Shown: piece by piece, positions 37,527-51,100 of the stretch
Numbering within the stretch: the stretch's first letter is position 1
Layout of the letters: each line of letters begins with the position of its first letter
NCBI RefSeq assembly: GCF_036971445.1
Contig: NC_091469.1
Coordinates: 158,038,001-158,102,000, forward strand
Origin: Narcine bancroftii
Lineage: Eukaryota
DNA length: 64,000 nt
Direction of reading: 5' to 3'
Notes under the pieces: model-generated
The model's input: only the letters and a program-made list of their open reading frames with translations
The model's database searches: none
What the model was told of the DNA's origin: nothing
Program-made: the position numbers and the translations under genes

Positions 37527-38054
37527 TGTGAGAGATGAGTAAAACTAATATGAAAATATGAGAGATGAAGAAAACTAGTATGGATATATGTGTAATGAAT
37601 AAAGCCAGTATGAATAAGATAAGGAGAGATAATAGATAATAGAATGTAGGAAGTAGAGTTAGTCTGAATAAGATAAGGGTCTTCTAGCCTTAGACAGAAT
37701 TAGCAAGTTCTGCATGTAAGAAGTTAGTCAGCCCTGAGAGTCAGGAAGGTGTGAATAAGGACAATGACATGATGGGACACCGACAGGATACCCCCTGGTC
37801 CTCCAAGTATACTGAAACTGCACATAGGCAGGAAGGATTGCCTATGCCAAACCCATCCACGGGGCAGAAGAATGTAAGGGGGAGGGTATTCTGATACTGA
37901 AATCGACTGTATAAAAGTTGGGTGAGCCCCAGTGTATGTGTGTATTCCCAGGGTAAGGGGAAGCACCCAACTTTGCATTGTTGTTATAATAAATGTTCTT
38001 TGTTCTCAATTTTTGTCTCGAGCAATTTCTTTAAAGGTAATTCTGTTTCTAATA
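37527..38054 (+). mobile_element. 3' LTR of the HERV-I-like ERV
   Basis: Directly follows PPT AAAAGAAAAGTGAGGAT; near-identical to the solo LTR at 2523-3055. Confidence 0.92.
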
Positions 38055-39889
38055 TATGTGAGTCCACCCCTTTTCTTTCGTTCGCACGGCAGTGTCTGTA
38101 ATCAAAAGTACACAATAGGGGCCGTCCCAGACAGGTTTTAGTTGGTGATCTTGCCATGCTTTTACATATACCCAATCACCAGGTTTAATAAAATGAATAG
38201 GATGCTCCAGGGGTGGGTTTGGAACTAATAAACCCTTCTGTCTTAATTAACTGCCAATGTATTCCCAGGATTTATTAGTTCACGATCCTGTTTACTTGGT
38301 GAAACGCTAATTAAAAATGAATAGCTGCAATTTAATGTCTTATCTGTTTTTAACAATAGTTTCCAAAATCGTTGTGGGGCAAGACACCATTTACCATAAC
38401 AATCTGACTTTTCTTTGTGTTAGTGTAAATGTTATATTTAGAATTATTGTAAAATGAAACACAAACCATATTTCCATGGGTTTTGAATATATTAGACCTT
38501 ATTAAAACGCAGTTGGAGCTGCTTGTCTGTATGGGGCAACAACCTTCCAATTTGTTAGAGTGAGTACATAACAGACATTGCAGCACAAGAGCCCCTTTAG
38601 TTCTGCCTTAAGTACGCAATTAGCCATAATGATTCGGCGAGTGATATTAACTGTATTCTAAATGAATTTATTTTAAAAATAGCCGAGTGGGAATAAGACA
38701 TGTCTTTGTCACTGCAGACGGCAACGAATTTGACAATTATTTAACGTCGCTATTGTAATTTAAACATTAAATGCCTTGCGCCACAGCCTACAGGAGCTGG
38801 CCTTATTTAAAGCAATCTGTAAAACCGGCACCGATAAACATTTAAAAGATGTTCTTATGAAGATTGCACACACAATCATTTAAGTACAGGCTAGTTTCTA
38901 TTATATTCCACTTAAAGTCCTGCTGCATGAATCCTGGAGCTTGTGGAGTCATTATTGAATCAAGAAATATTGGTGCCATGCCAATCTCTCTGTAACATGC
39001 CAATTTTTCCAGTCCATAAGCCGAGACGTACTGATTAGCATCTGGTACAAGATCTGTGAGCCATTAATGATATTGTTATTCTTATGCACCCAATTGTTCT
39101 GAACGATGCCACTAATTTAAATCATATTCCAGCTATTGCAGTACTCACACACCACCATAGACCTGTTCGCATTAAGCTGAATCCAGTCGCGCAGGGTTTA
39201 CCTCCGTGATTATTTACAATGTAACTTCCGCACAACCAGATTTAAATATAAACCTGATGAATGGGGGGGAATGTTATCATGAACTAAATTACAGCGGCAA
39301 TACAGAGAAATTGTGCTGAGGCATGAGTTTCACTCCGGAGGAAAATGCACCAGAGAAATCAATCATTAAACTTATTGGATTCCCCAGAGGTTTCTTTATT
39401 CTCCAGAGGTGGGCGATCTTTAAGCTCACGGACCTTGAATGCTGAATGTGTAGAACAAATGTACTAAATCTATTGAGATGGCTCCATACTGCTAACTGCA
39501 AGACAGGTGCCTGGAGCCTCAGTTTCAAGTGCCACAACGCGCTTAAAGGGACATGCACACTCCCCCTTCAACTGGCTGATCCAGCCACTTTACACATCAG
39601 ATCCTTTCTTTATCTTACATACACTTAAAAAATAAGACGTATAGAACTCACCCTATTTGCGCAAACATTTCTCCCTGCAAATGTTATAACATCGCTCAAC
39701 TCTCATGTACTCCCTGTGCAAAATCACGTTTGAATACAATTTATTTCATAAAATGAAATGAACTGGTAGTTAAATTCGCTCATTCTATGATAAACGATCA
39801 TTTATGACATTTACATTTTAGCATGAATTTTAGCATTAATTAATATTGGTCAGTGACTGAAGTGAGAAGTCGTGATTTATGAAATTATC

Positions 39890-41409
39890 TCTGGTCTCTA
39901 CTCTCCCACTCCCGGCGCTTCTCCCATCGTCCAGGAGCTGGCACACAGCCCCTAACATTTCCCTGCTGTCCCTCCACAACTTCCTTGACTGCCTGCATCA
40001 AAATCTAGCCTTTCCTTTCTGTTTATCCTCAGACCTCTGGATGTATGCCCTTTGTGTGATCTGTAAAAGCTGTGTTATTCCCTGTTCATGCCAATTCTCA
40101 GTCTTCTGCAATTTTCTCCTGATGTCTGGGGCTGAGTTTGTAATGAAGCCCATTAATATCAATTGTTCACCCGCTGGGGATTCTATATCCAGACCCCCAT
40201 ATTGCTGTATGGCATTACGCAATCTATTCAGAAATGCAGAGGGGGTCTCCTCGGGACCTTGGGGAACCTCAAATGCTTTCTTAAAATTCTGTCCCTTTGG
40301 AACAGATTCCCTGATTCCTTTTATCAGATTAACCCTTTATTCCTCCATTAATGTGCGACCATCATTATTATTCTTATCCCAATTTGGTTTTGCCAGGGGG
40401 AATTTAAGTTCCCCAGGTATCGCCTCTGGTTCCCCTTGGTGTTCCCTATCCCAGACTCTAATCCCTGCCTGGCGAATCATTCCACGTTCATCCAAAGTGA
40501 ACAGAGCCCTAAAGATCGATGTTAAGCCATCCCATGTATATATATTTGGCCCCAAAAATTGATTTAATTGTTTGGCACATCCCTGAGGATCCTCTATCAG
40601 GGAGGTCATTTCTCTCTTAAAGTTACACACCTCCGTACTAGTCAGGGGCACATTTACGAAACCGAGACCCCCTTCCACAGGAACTTCCCGTAAAAGTCTC
40701 ATCCACTTAATTTCTGACTTATTCTCTCCTTTATAATGTCTAGGTTCCTGCTCTCCGGGAAATGAATCAAAGGATTCTGCCCTTCCCTCCCGGAGGGTCT
40801 CACACTGTTCTGAATCCAAGTCTCCTCCCTCTCTTGTCAATTGAGGTGGTAATCTAGTACTTTGTGAACGGGTCATCATACCACCCCTACTTTCTTCTCC
40901 TTTCTTTAGCTGTGGGGGAGGAGGGGAAGGTGAAGAAGGGTAGAGCATAGGAGAGAGGGGAAAGATAGGAGCCGGCATAGGAGGAGCATAAGGTGGAGGA
41001 AGGGAATGTAACACATCCCATCCTTGTGTTTCAGGGACAAAAGGTTCCTCATCCTTCTTGTCCTTACATTACTTTTCATTCAAAACCAGTAGATCAACCG
41101 ATCCACTGAGCCAGCAGGCTGCATATTCCCTGCTCTCAATATTATCTCTTTGGTTTTGATAGAGCCAGATGTTCAATGCCTGACACATCCAGTCATCCTC
41201 GGATCCGAGCTTTGGCCAATATACCAAACTCCCTTTTATCGGACTTTTAACCCATTCCAGACAGCAATACCTGACCATGGTCAGTTTGTCTTTCCCGCGG
41301 GTTCTCCCCGCACCCAATCAGATAGCATTAATCCGAACGGACTTTGCTTAGTTATCTGATCGTCCCGTCCTTAATTAGGACTATTTCCCTTGCTACTCAC
41401 ACCTCCCAT
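39890..41409 (-). pseudogene. gag: Retroviral gag remnant, HERV-I-like (class I)
   Basis: MG start at 41409, SPFGLML, MVRYCCLEW..YWPKLGSEDDWMCQAL (MA), PPPY late domain, LREVPVEGGLGFVNVPLTSTEV..QFLGPNIYTW (CA), FITNSAPDIRRKLQK; stops and frameshifts. Confidence 0.9.
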
Positions 41410-41573
41410 ACTAACAGGTAAGTAAAATTCCTCTTACCGGGATCCAGTAGCTATTCCTAGCATGCTTCCTTAACATCCTCCCGTCGTTTGTTCTCAATGC
41501 CTCTTCTCGGATATCATTCGCTTCATCCACTGACAAGTCACCTGCCTTTGTCCTTATTCACGCCTTCCCAACC

Positions 41574-41789
41574 CTCAGGGCTTACTAACTTCTTATATGC
41601 AGAACTTGCTAATTCTGTCTAAGGCTTACTAATTACATATGTGGAACTTGCTGATTCTCTCTAGGCTAGAAGACCCTTATCTTATTCAGACTAACTTTAC
41701 TTCCTACATTGTATTATCTACCCTTATCCTATTCATACTGGCTTTATTCATTACACATATTTTCATATTAATTTTAATCATCTCTCACA
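41574..41789 (-). mobile_element. Partial 5' LTR (U3 only) of the gag-bearing ERV
   Basis: Reverse complement of the first ~210 bp of the 2523/37527 LTR; R-U5-PBS missing. Confidence 0.85.
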
Positions 41790-42882
41790 CTTTGGAAAAG
41801 AGAATAGATTTATTGTGTGGAACATAAGCCGTTTTCAGGCGGCCACCAAGCCAGACTGTAAAGTCGCACAGGATACTCCTGTGTGGCTGTCTGGTGGCCA
41901 TCTGCAAACGGAAAAGCCAGCCAGGAGGGTTACTCAACGAACCCTTCTCCGAGAGGTATAACTAGCCTGCTTGCAGCATCGAGTGTGGCAGCTGAAAGTG
42001 GCCAGGCTGCCGGGGAGGGGAAGCGGGCTGAGGACCTCGTCATGACATCATCAGCCATCGGCTCTGGCCGCGATTTTTGAAAATACAACAGTTATTTAGC
42101 AATCTCGTGGTAATCAGTACAGTTCAGTTTTTTGCAGCCAAATAATCATCCATGGTCTCAAACTTGTCTAGAAAGCAGTCCAGAGTGACAGTCCAGCCTT
42201 CCAGGTTCATCTTGCAGAGAGACAAAACCTCTTAGTGTACATATTAGTTTATTAAAGCTGTCTTATACTCGCACTGCTGGTGTGGTTATTGTCAGTACAA
42301 TTTAATAAATTAATATCATAGCTACTAGGATGGAAGCTGCTTCTGCTCCAACGCGTATTCTCGACCACTTGGAGACTCTTCCTGAGGAATGGAATCTGGG
42401 GACGACCTGCACGCATCTGTATCTGAGGACAGAGACGGCGAGGGACCGCTGTACTGGAATCGTGCTGGAATGCGGGGAAGACTACTGAAGTATGATAGGG
42501 CAGGAAAGAAATGGCCAAGAGCCCTGCCTGCCCATGGGTTTGCAGGTACAGGTGCCGCCAACCCTAAACCCTGGTCCGATCAGAAAGGGGCCACTACAAG
42601 TGGAACGATCTCTACAAGTTGTGCTCCTGATCACCACGTATGTGCAGAATTCCCGACCACTCCAGAGCCAGGGAAAGCAGACACTGCGACTGTCACTCCC
42701 CCAGCAGCAGTTTCCCCAGTACCACGGAGACCTGACGCTACCGCTGGGATCCCCCTAAGCCCACTGCAAATGTCCCAAAACCAGAGACTTAGCCAACAGC
42801 CCCAGCACCCAGGTTACTCTTCCAGCAGACACAAGCCCCACAGAGGCTCTACCAACAGCTTCCAGTACCCCAGGGTCTGCCC

Positions 42883-45800
42883 TTGCTACACCTAGACCCA
42901 GAGACCACGTGGAGACTGGGAACGATCCCCGGAATGCCTCTACATTACCTAAGGGACCAGAGACTGCGGCTTAGCCATGTGCTGCAACCAGACAGGCTGG
43001 AGCTCGACCCCAGAAATCCCGGATCCGGCACGCACTTCGGCTGCTTGCGGAGATGCTTTCTGAATTACGTGGAGGGTGCTGAGGCATCGGATAAAGAGCT
43101 ATTAATGCTGCTGTTAGCCCAGCTGGGAGACCACCCTTACTCCCTTATGCAGGATGCCAGGTCCTACCAAGAGGCAATGAGCACTTTACAGAGGCATTAC
43201 AGTGAGGGGCATCGGGAACTCCACTCCCGGTACAGGCTCATGACCAGGTCTCAACAAGTAGGGGAGTCTGCCAGAGACTTTATACTCTCTCTGAAAGACC
43301 TGGCCAGAGGCTGCAACTTTAAAGCAGTATCAGCTCAGGAGTATGCGGAGGACCTTAGAAACATAGAAACATAGAAGATAGAAGCAGGAGTAGGTCATTT
43401 GACCCTTCGAGCCTGCTCCGCCATTCAAAGAGATCATGGCTGATCTTAAAGTTCAGTACCCCGTCCCCGCCTTCTCTCCGTAACCTTTAATACCCTTATA
43501 CTGAAGAAATAGATCTAATTCCCTCTTAAATAGATTTAATGAACCTGCCTCTACTGCCCTCTGTGGCAATGAATTCCATAGATTCACCACCCTCTTGGTA
43601 AAGAAATTCCTCCTCATCTCGGTCCTAAATGGTCTGCCTATTATCCTCAAACCATGGCCCCGGGTTCTGGATTTTCCCATCCTTGGAAACATCCCATCTG
43701 CATCCATTATGTCCAGTCCTGCCAGAATTTTATAGGTCTCTATGAGATCCCCTCTCAATCTTCTAAACTCCAGCGAGTACAATCCCAAATTGCGCAATCT
43801 TTCCTCCTAAGTCATTCCTGCCATTCCAGGTATCAGCCTGGTGAATCGCCTCTGCACTCCCTCCATTGCAAGAACATCCTTCCTTAGATAAGGTGACCAA
43901 AACTGCACACAATACTCCAGGGTCTCACCAAGGCCCTGTACAGCTGCAGTAAGGTATCCTTGTTCCTATACTCGAACCCTCTTGATATGAAGGCCAACCT
44001 ACCATTTGCCTTTTTAACCGCCTGCTGTACCTGCATGCTCGCCTTCAGAGACTGGTGTACAAGTACCCCTAGGTCTCTCTGCACTTCCCCATCTCTTAAT
44101 CTATTGCCATTCAAATAGTAATCTGCCCTCCGGTTTGTATCACCAAAGTGGATAACCTCACATTTATCCACATTGTAGTGCATTTGCCATCTATCTGCCC
44201 AGTGCCCCAATTTATCCAAATCTGACACTGCCCAGAGAGCATCTGACAGTCAAGTTCCAGTCAACGTGATTTGTGGCGGTGGGGACCATTCCCAGGATGG
44301 CTCCACAATAGGGACATGCCTGGAAGGGGAATGGTGGGGCTAGATGAGACAGAGACTATTGCAGAAGCTTTAGAAAGCACCAGGAAAGAATTGGAGGAGT
44401 ACTCACAGGACTTTGGGGCTGGGACTGGGACAAACATCGCCCTCTATCCCCACAAAAAGAAAAGATTGCTGCCTCACAGGAATTCACAGCAGCAGCACCT
44501 TGAGGGTCCCAAGTGCTTTTTCTGTGGACATAAAAGCATCCCAGAGCCTTCTGTCCTGCCGGAGAAAATGTCTGTTCCAACTGTGGAAAACGTGGGCATT
44601 ATGCAAAAGTCTGCAGAAGTCCCAAGGCCACGGCCAAGGCCCATTCTCATGCTAATGAGAAGCGGGAAAGCTCTTCTTTCTCCACAGACAAACAGAGGAA
44701 GAAGAATGCCATGTGCAGCCAGCCATCTTGGACAAATGCTACAGAGCAGAGGACACAGTCTTCAGGAGATGAATATGACGCCAAGTACTATCAGATGGAA
44801 GGACACGAAGGACACGCTTGCTTCCCTACACATGAATCAGGTGAATCCATACAATTTATCTGATGCCACTGTGTGCATCAAAATTAATGATGTGAGGGTA
44901 AATTCCTTAATAGATAGTGGAAGCACTGAAAGTTTTATTGACCAGGGGTTAGTCAACCGCCTTGCCCTCCCCACACGCCCGAGTGAGCACCGGATCCTGT
45001 TAGCAGCCTGCAGCCTTGTGGCTGAGGTAAAACAGTTTTGCAGGGTTACTCTAGAAATCCAGGGCATAAAATACGAAGGGTTCAAATTACTAGAACTCCC
45101 TCACCTCTGTGCCCCGGTACTATTGGGGTTAAATTTTCAGTGCCAGTTAGAAAGCATTACAATAGTGGACAACGGGCCTCACCCCCCACTACGTCTTACG
45201 AAGAAATAACACTGCAGCCTGTCTGTCCTGAACATAGAACCCCCTCCGCTGTTCACACACCTGACCCCAGAATGTACACCAATAGCCACAAAGAGCAGGA
45301 GGTATAGCCCGAGGGACAGAGCCTTCATTAGGACAGAGGTCCGCAGGCTACTACAGGAGGGCACCATAGAGCAGAGCACCAGCCCCTGGAGAGTCCAGGT
45401 GGTTGTAGTAAAGTCAGGAGAAAAACTACGCATGGTAGTGGATTACAGCCAGACAATCAACAAATTTACACAACTAGATGCCTAACCCCTGCCATGCATA
45501 ACAGACATGGTCAACAACTGAAGGAGTTCTCCACCATAGACCTGAAGGCAGCATACCACCAACTGCCCATTAGAAACAGCGATCGCATTTACACGGCATT
45601 TGAGGCAGACGACAGGCTGTATCAATTTCTGCGCCTCCCCTTCAGTGTCACCAATGGAGTGTCCCTGTTTCAGAGAGAAATGGACCGAATAGTAGATGAG
45701 TTCCAACTGAAAGCAGTGTTCCTCTACTTAGACAACGTGACAATCTGTGGCCACACTCAGGAGGATCATAACACGAATTTAAAACGCTTCTTCAAGGCAG

Positions 45801-47666
45801 CCGAGGAAAGGAACCTAACATACAACAGGGACAAATGCGTCTTTAGCACCAGGAAGTTGCCAATCCTGGGCTACATAGTGCAGAACGGGGAAACCAGCCC
45901 AGACCCAGCCCGTATGCGCCTTCTCTTTGACCTCCCAGTGCCACACACGCTGAAAGCATTAAAAAGGTGTTTAGGACTGTTCGTTTACTGCACCCAATGG
46001 GTCCCCAACTACTCCAACAGGGCCCACTTATAAAAGCCTCCGTTTTCCCACTGTGTCAAGCAGCCACCAGAGCATTCAGGGACATTAGGGACCATATTGG
46101 TAAAGCTACCATGCGGTCCATAGATCAGTCTATCCTTTTTCAAGTAGAAACGGATGCATCCGATGTGGCTCTGGCAGCCACCCTAAACCAAGACGGACGA
46201 CCGGTGGACTTTTTCTCGCGATCCCTACAGAGGTCAGAGGTAAGACACTCAGCAGTAGAGAAGGAGGCCCTAGCCATTATGGAAGCGGTAAGGCACTGGT
46301 GACATAATCTGGCGTGCAAACACTTCACCCTCGTCATGGATCAACGTGGCTTTTATGTTTGATAACCAGAACAGGGGGAGAATTAAGAATGACAAAAACC
46401 TGCGCTGGTGGATAGAATTGTCTACATTTAACTCCAACATTCTATACCGCCCTGGGAGACTCAACGAGCCCCCGGACGCACTGTCCAGAGGCACTTGTAC
46501 CATCCTTAACCCCACGTCCCAGTTGCAGAGCTTGCACAATGAGCTGGGCCACCCGGGGGTCGCTAGACTGTTTCACTTCATTAAAACCCCAAAACCTCCC
46601 ATTTTCGGTAGAGGAAGTGAGGTCAGTGAACAAGGGAAAACTGCAATTTAACGTCCAAACAAAGCCACCCTGATAAAAGCTACCAAACCTTTTGAGCGCC
46701 TTAGCCTTGATTTTAAAGGCCCACTCCCGTCCAATAATAGAAATGTCTATTTCCTCAACTTAATAGATGAATATTTCCATTTCCCCTTCGCAATCCCGTG
46801 TTCTGATGTATGAACAGTTACTGTTATAAAATGCCTCCAACCCATCTTCAGCATATTTGGGTACCCAAACTACATACACACAGACAGGGGGGCTGCGTTC
46901 ATGAGCACAGAAGTACAGCAGTACCTGCTGAGAGAGGGATTGCTACCAGCCGCACTACAAGTTACAATCCCAGGGGAATGGACAAGTTGAAAGGGAAAAT
47001 GCCACTATCTGGAAACGGTCCTCTTGACCTTAAAAGCAAAAGACCTGCCTGTGACTAGGTGGCAAGAAGTGTTGCCAGAAGCCCTACACGCTAAACGTTC
47101 TTTGTTGTGTACTGCCACTAACATGACCCCACATGACTGTATCTTTCACAAGGAAAGCCACGACGGGCACAGTTCTGCCTAAATGGATGATGACACCGGG
47201 ACCTGTTCTCCTCCAGAAGCACTGCAGACCCCACAAAGTGGACCTGCTGGTGGATCAAGTGGAGTTGAGGCACACAAACCCTCAGTACACCTTCATCACA
47301 TTCCCAGATGGAAGAGAAGACTCGGTGCCCACCAGGCATCTTGCGCCGGCCGAATGTGTGAACAAAGCGGAGGAAACACAGATGTCTATGGATCAACAAG
47401 GAGCCCAGCAGCAGTCACTAGAACAGCCGTCCATCGAGTCACCCCAGAGGACTATACCACCCACCCCGGAAATCAGGACCCTGGGCACGACCGCCCCACA
47501 AAATATCACCACCCTAGACTTGATGGCAGGACCTAATCCCATACGAGAATCCCCAGCCCACATGGCCATATGGCCAACCAGTACTTCCCACTCCCACACC
47601 TCCACCAATAAAGACCGAAAGGCAGACCGCACTCCCCACCCCTACACCACTACCGAGGAGTTCTAG
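42883..47666 (+). pseudogene. Gypsy gag-pol (disrupted)
   Basis: LQPDRLELDP..CFLNY gag start, Cys/His knuckles (CFFCG; CSNCGKRGHYAKVC), protease LIDSGS, RT IDLKAAYHQ..YLDNV, RNase H VETDAS..EKEA, integrase HPG..DFKGPLP..TTSYNPRG. Confidence 0.92.
43356..44222 (-). mobile_element. CR1 3' fragment, same young subfamily as 13233-17040
   Basis: (ACATAGAA)n tail; near-identical to 13233-14100; interrupts Gypsy gag. Confidence 0.93.
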
Positions 47667-48180
47667 AAGGCAACAGAAGCCATGAAAAATTTTGGACTTA
47701 TGAACTTACAAGCAATGGAAGGAGGATGGGGGTGGGGGGGCGGGGGCAATAACAATTTTTTAAGGGGGGGTGAATGTGGTGATATGTAATTCCACCACTA
47801 GGTCACCAGGGGTCATCGCGGTGACCTTGTATATAAAGCAGTCCAGAGCTACAGTCTAGCCTTGCAGGTTTGTCTTGCAAAGAGACAAGACCTCTTAGTG
47901 TATATATTAGTTTATTTTTAAATTAAAAAAAAATTTCACACTGAACTATATTAATCAAAATACACACAAACATTTCCCTCTTGAATATGCACAGTGTCAT
48001 TTTTTCCCCTTTTTTCCCCCCTCCTTCCCACCCCCCTCCAAACTCATTAAACATACAACATACACAATACAATAAAACCATTAAACAATGTCATCACATA
48101 ATGAAAATAAACAAGAAAATTGTATCATCTACTTTTACACACTGGGTCAGTTCATTTCGTCTTCTTCTCATCCTGTCATT

Positions 48181-51100
48181 TTAGAGGGTGGGGGTCCGCG
48201 GTAGGCCCTCTCTGTTATGTTCCATGTACGGTTCCCAAATTTGTTCGAATACTGTGACGTTATTTTTTAAATTATATGTTATTTTTTCCAATGGAATACA
48301 TTTATTCATTTCCATGTACCATTGCTGTACTCTCAGGCTCTCTTCTGATTTCCAGGTTGACATTATACATTTTTTTGCTACATCTATCATAATAATTTTT
48401 TTTTTGCACTTCATCCAGTTTGAGGCCTAGTTCTTTACTTCTTATATTACTTAGAAGAAAGATCTCTGGATTTTTTGGGATGTTGCTTTGTGTGATTTTA
48501 TTTAATACCTGGTTTAGATCTTCCCAAAACCTTTTCACTTTCTCACATGCCCAAATTGCATGTACTGTTGTTCCCGTTTCCTTCTTACAGTGAAAACATC
48601 TGTCTGATACTATTGGGTCCCATTTATTTAACTTTTGGGGCGTGGTGTAACCAATTATATTGTATCATGCGTAACCTCGTGTTTATTGTATTTCTCATAG
48701 TTCCGGAGCATAACTTTTCCCATATTTCATTTTTTATCTTTATGTTTAAATTTTTTCCCCCTTTTTTTTGGGTTTACAGCTTGTTTTCTCATTCTCCTTT
48801 TCTTGCAGTTTGATGTACATGTTCGTTATAAATCTTTTAATTATCATTGTGTCTGTAATCACATATTCAAAGCTGTTTCCTTCTGGTAACCTCAGTCTGT
48901 TTCCCAATTTGTCCTTTAAGTAGGTTTTCAGTTGGTGGTATGCAAACATTGTACCTTGAGTTATTCCATATTTGTACTTCATTTGTTCAAATGATAATAA
49001 ATTATTTCCCAAAAAACAATTTTCTATTCTTTTGATCCCTTTTCTCTCCCATTCTCTAAAGGAAAGGTTATCTATTGTGAAAGGGATTAGTTGATTTTGC
49101 GTCAATATTAATTTTGATAGTTGGCATTTTGTTTTTTTCCTTTCCACGTGAATCTTCTTCCAAATGTTGAATAAATGGTGCAGTACTGGAGAACTTCTAT
49201 ATTGCACAAGTTTTTCATCCCTCTTATAAAGTATATGTTCTGGTACCTTCTCCCCTATTTTATCTAGCTCTATCTTGGTCCAATCTGGTTTTTCTCTTGT
49301 TTGATAAAAATCTGATAGATATCTTAATTGTGCTGCTCTATAATAATTTTTAAGGTTTGGTAGCTGCAAACCACCTTGTTTGTACCATTCTGTTAATTTA
49401 TCTAGTGCTATCCTCGGTTTTCCCCTTTCCATAAGAATTTCCTTATTATTCTCTTCAGTTCATTGAAGAATTTCTCTGTTAAGGGAATTGGTAACGATTG
49501 AAATAGGTATTGTATCCTTGGGAAGATATTCATTTTAATGCAATTTACCCTTCCTATCAGTGTTAGTGGTAAATCTTTCCAATGTTCTAAGTCATCTTGT
49601 AATTTCTTTATTAATGGCTGATAATTTAATTTGTATAGATGGCCTAGATTATTATCTAGTTGAATACCTAGGCATCGGATTGCTTGTGTTTGCCATTTAA
49701 ATGGTGATTCTTTTCTAAACTCTGTGTAATCCACATTATTCATTGGCATCGTTTCACTTTTATTTGCATTGATCTTGTACTCCGATATTTCTCCATATTC
49801 CTTCAATTTCTTATGTAATTCTTTTATTGATATTTCTGGTTCTGTTAAGTATACTATAACATCATCCGCAAATAAACTGATTTTATAATCCTTCTCTTTT
49901 ATTTTATTTTCTGTTCTTATCAGTTCTGCCAATGGTTCTATTGCTAAAGCGAACAGTGAGGGAGAGAGTGGACATCCCTGTCTCGTTGACCTGCTTAATT
50001 TAAATTGGTTCGATATATATCCATTTACTGTCACCTTTACCATTGGTCCCTTATATAATGCTTTAATCCAATTAATATATTTCTCTGGTAGGTTGAACCT
50101 CTGTAATACTTTGAATAAATAATTCCATTCTACCCTGTCAAAAGCTTTCTCTGTGTCTGAAGCAACAGCCACTGTTGGTATCTTATTTCCTTGTACTGCA
50201 TGGATTAGATTATTAAATTGACAGACATTGTCCATTGTTCGTCTTTTCTTAATAAATCCAGTTTCATCTAGTATTACTATTTTTGATACACAGTCGGCCA
50301 ATCTGTTTGCTAATAATTTCACTATTATCTTATAATCTGAGTTAAGTAGAGGTATTGGTCTATATGATGCTGGTGTTAGTGGATCCTTCCCCATCTTTGG
50401 TATTACAGTAATTATTGCTGTTTTACATGAATCTGGCAAGTTTTATGTTTCTTCTATCTGGTTCATTACTTCTAGGAGAGGAGGAATTAATAAGTCTTTA
50501 AATGTTTTATAGAATTCTATTGGGAGTCCGTCGTCTCCAGGCATTTTACTATTCGGTAGCTTTTTTAATATATCCTGTATTTCCTCTCTTTCAAATGGTT
50601 TTATTAATTTGTTTTGCTCCTCTTCTTGCAATTTCGGTAGTTCAATTTCAGCTAAAAACTCTATTTTTTCTTCTTTCCCTTCGTTCTCAGTTCGATATAA
50701 TTGTTCGTAGAATTTCTTGAAGTTTTCATTAATCTCCATTGGATTATATGTAATTTGTTTGTCCTTTTTCCTTGATGCCAATACTGTTCTTTTAGCTTGT
50801 TCTGTTTAAGCTGCCAGGCTAGTATTTTGTGTTTTTTTCTCCTAGTTCATAATACTTCTGCTTTATTTTCATTATGTTCTTCTCCATCTTATACATTTGT
50901 AGTGTTTCATATTTTATTTTTTTGTCCGCCAATTCTCTTCTTTTGTTGTATCTTCCTTTATTGCTAATTCTTTTTCTGTACTTACTATTTCCCTTTCCAG
51001 CTGTTCTATTTCCTCCTTTTTCATCTTAGTTACATCACTTATTATCTGCCCTCTGATGAACGCTTTCATTGCATCCCATAGTATAAATTTGTCTTTCACT

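Noticed and set aside
39879-40562. 227-aa plus-strand ORF antisense to gag
   Set aside because: Probably a shadow of the gag CA frame; no recognisable domain.
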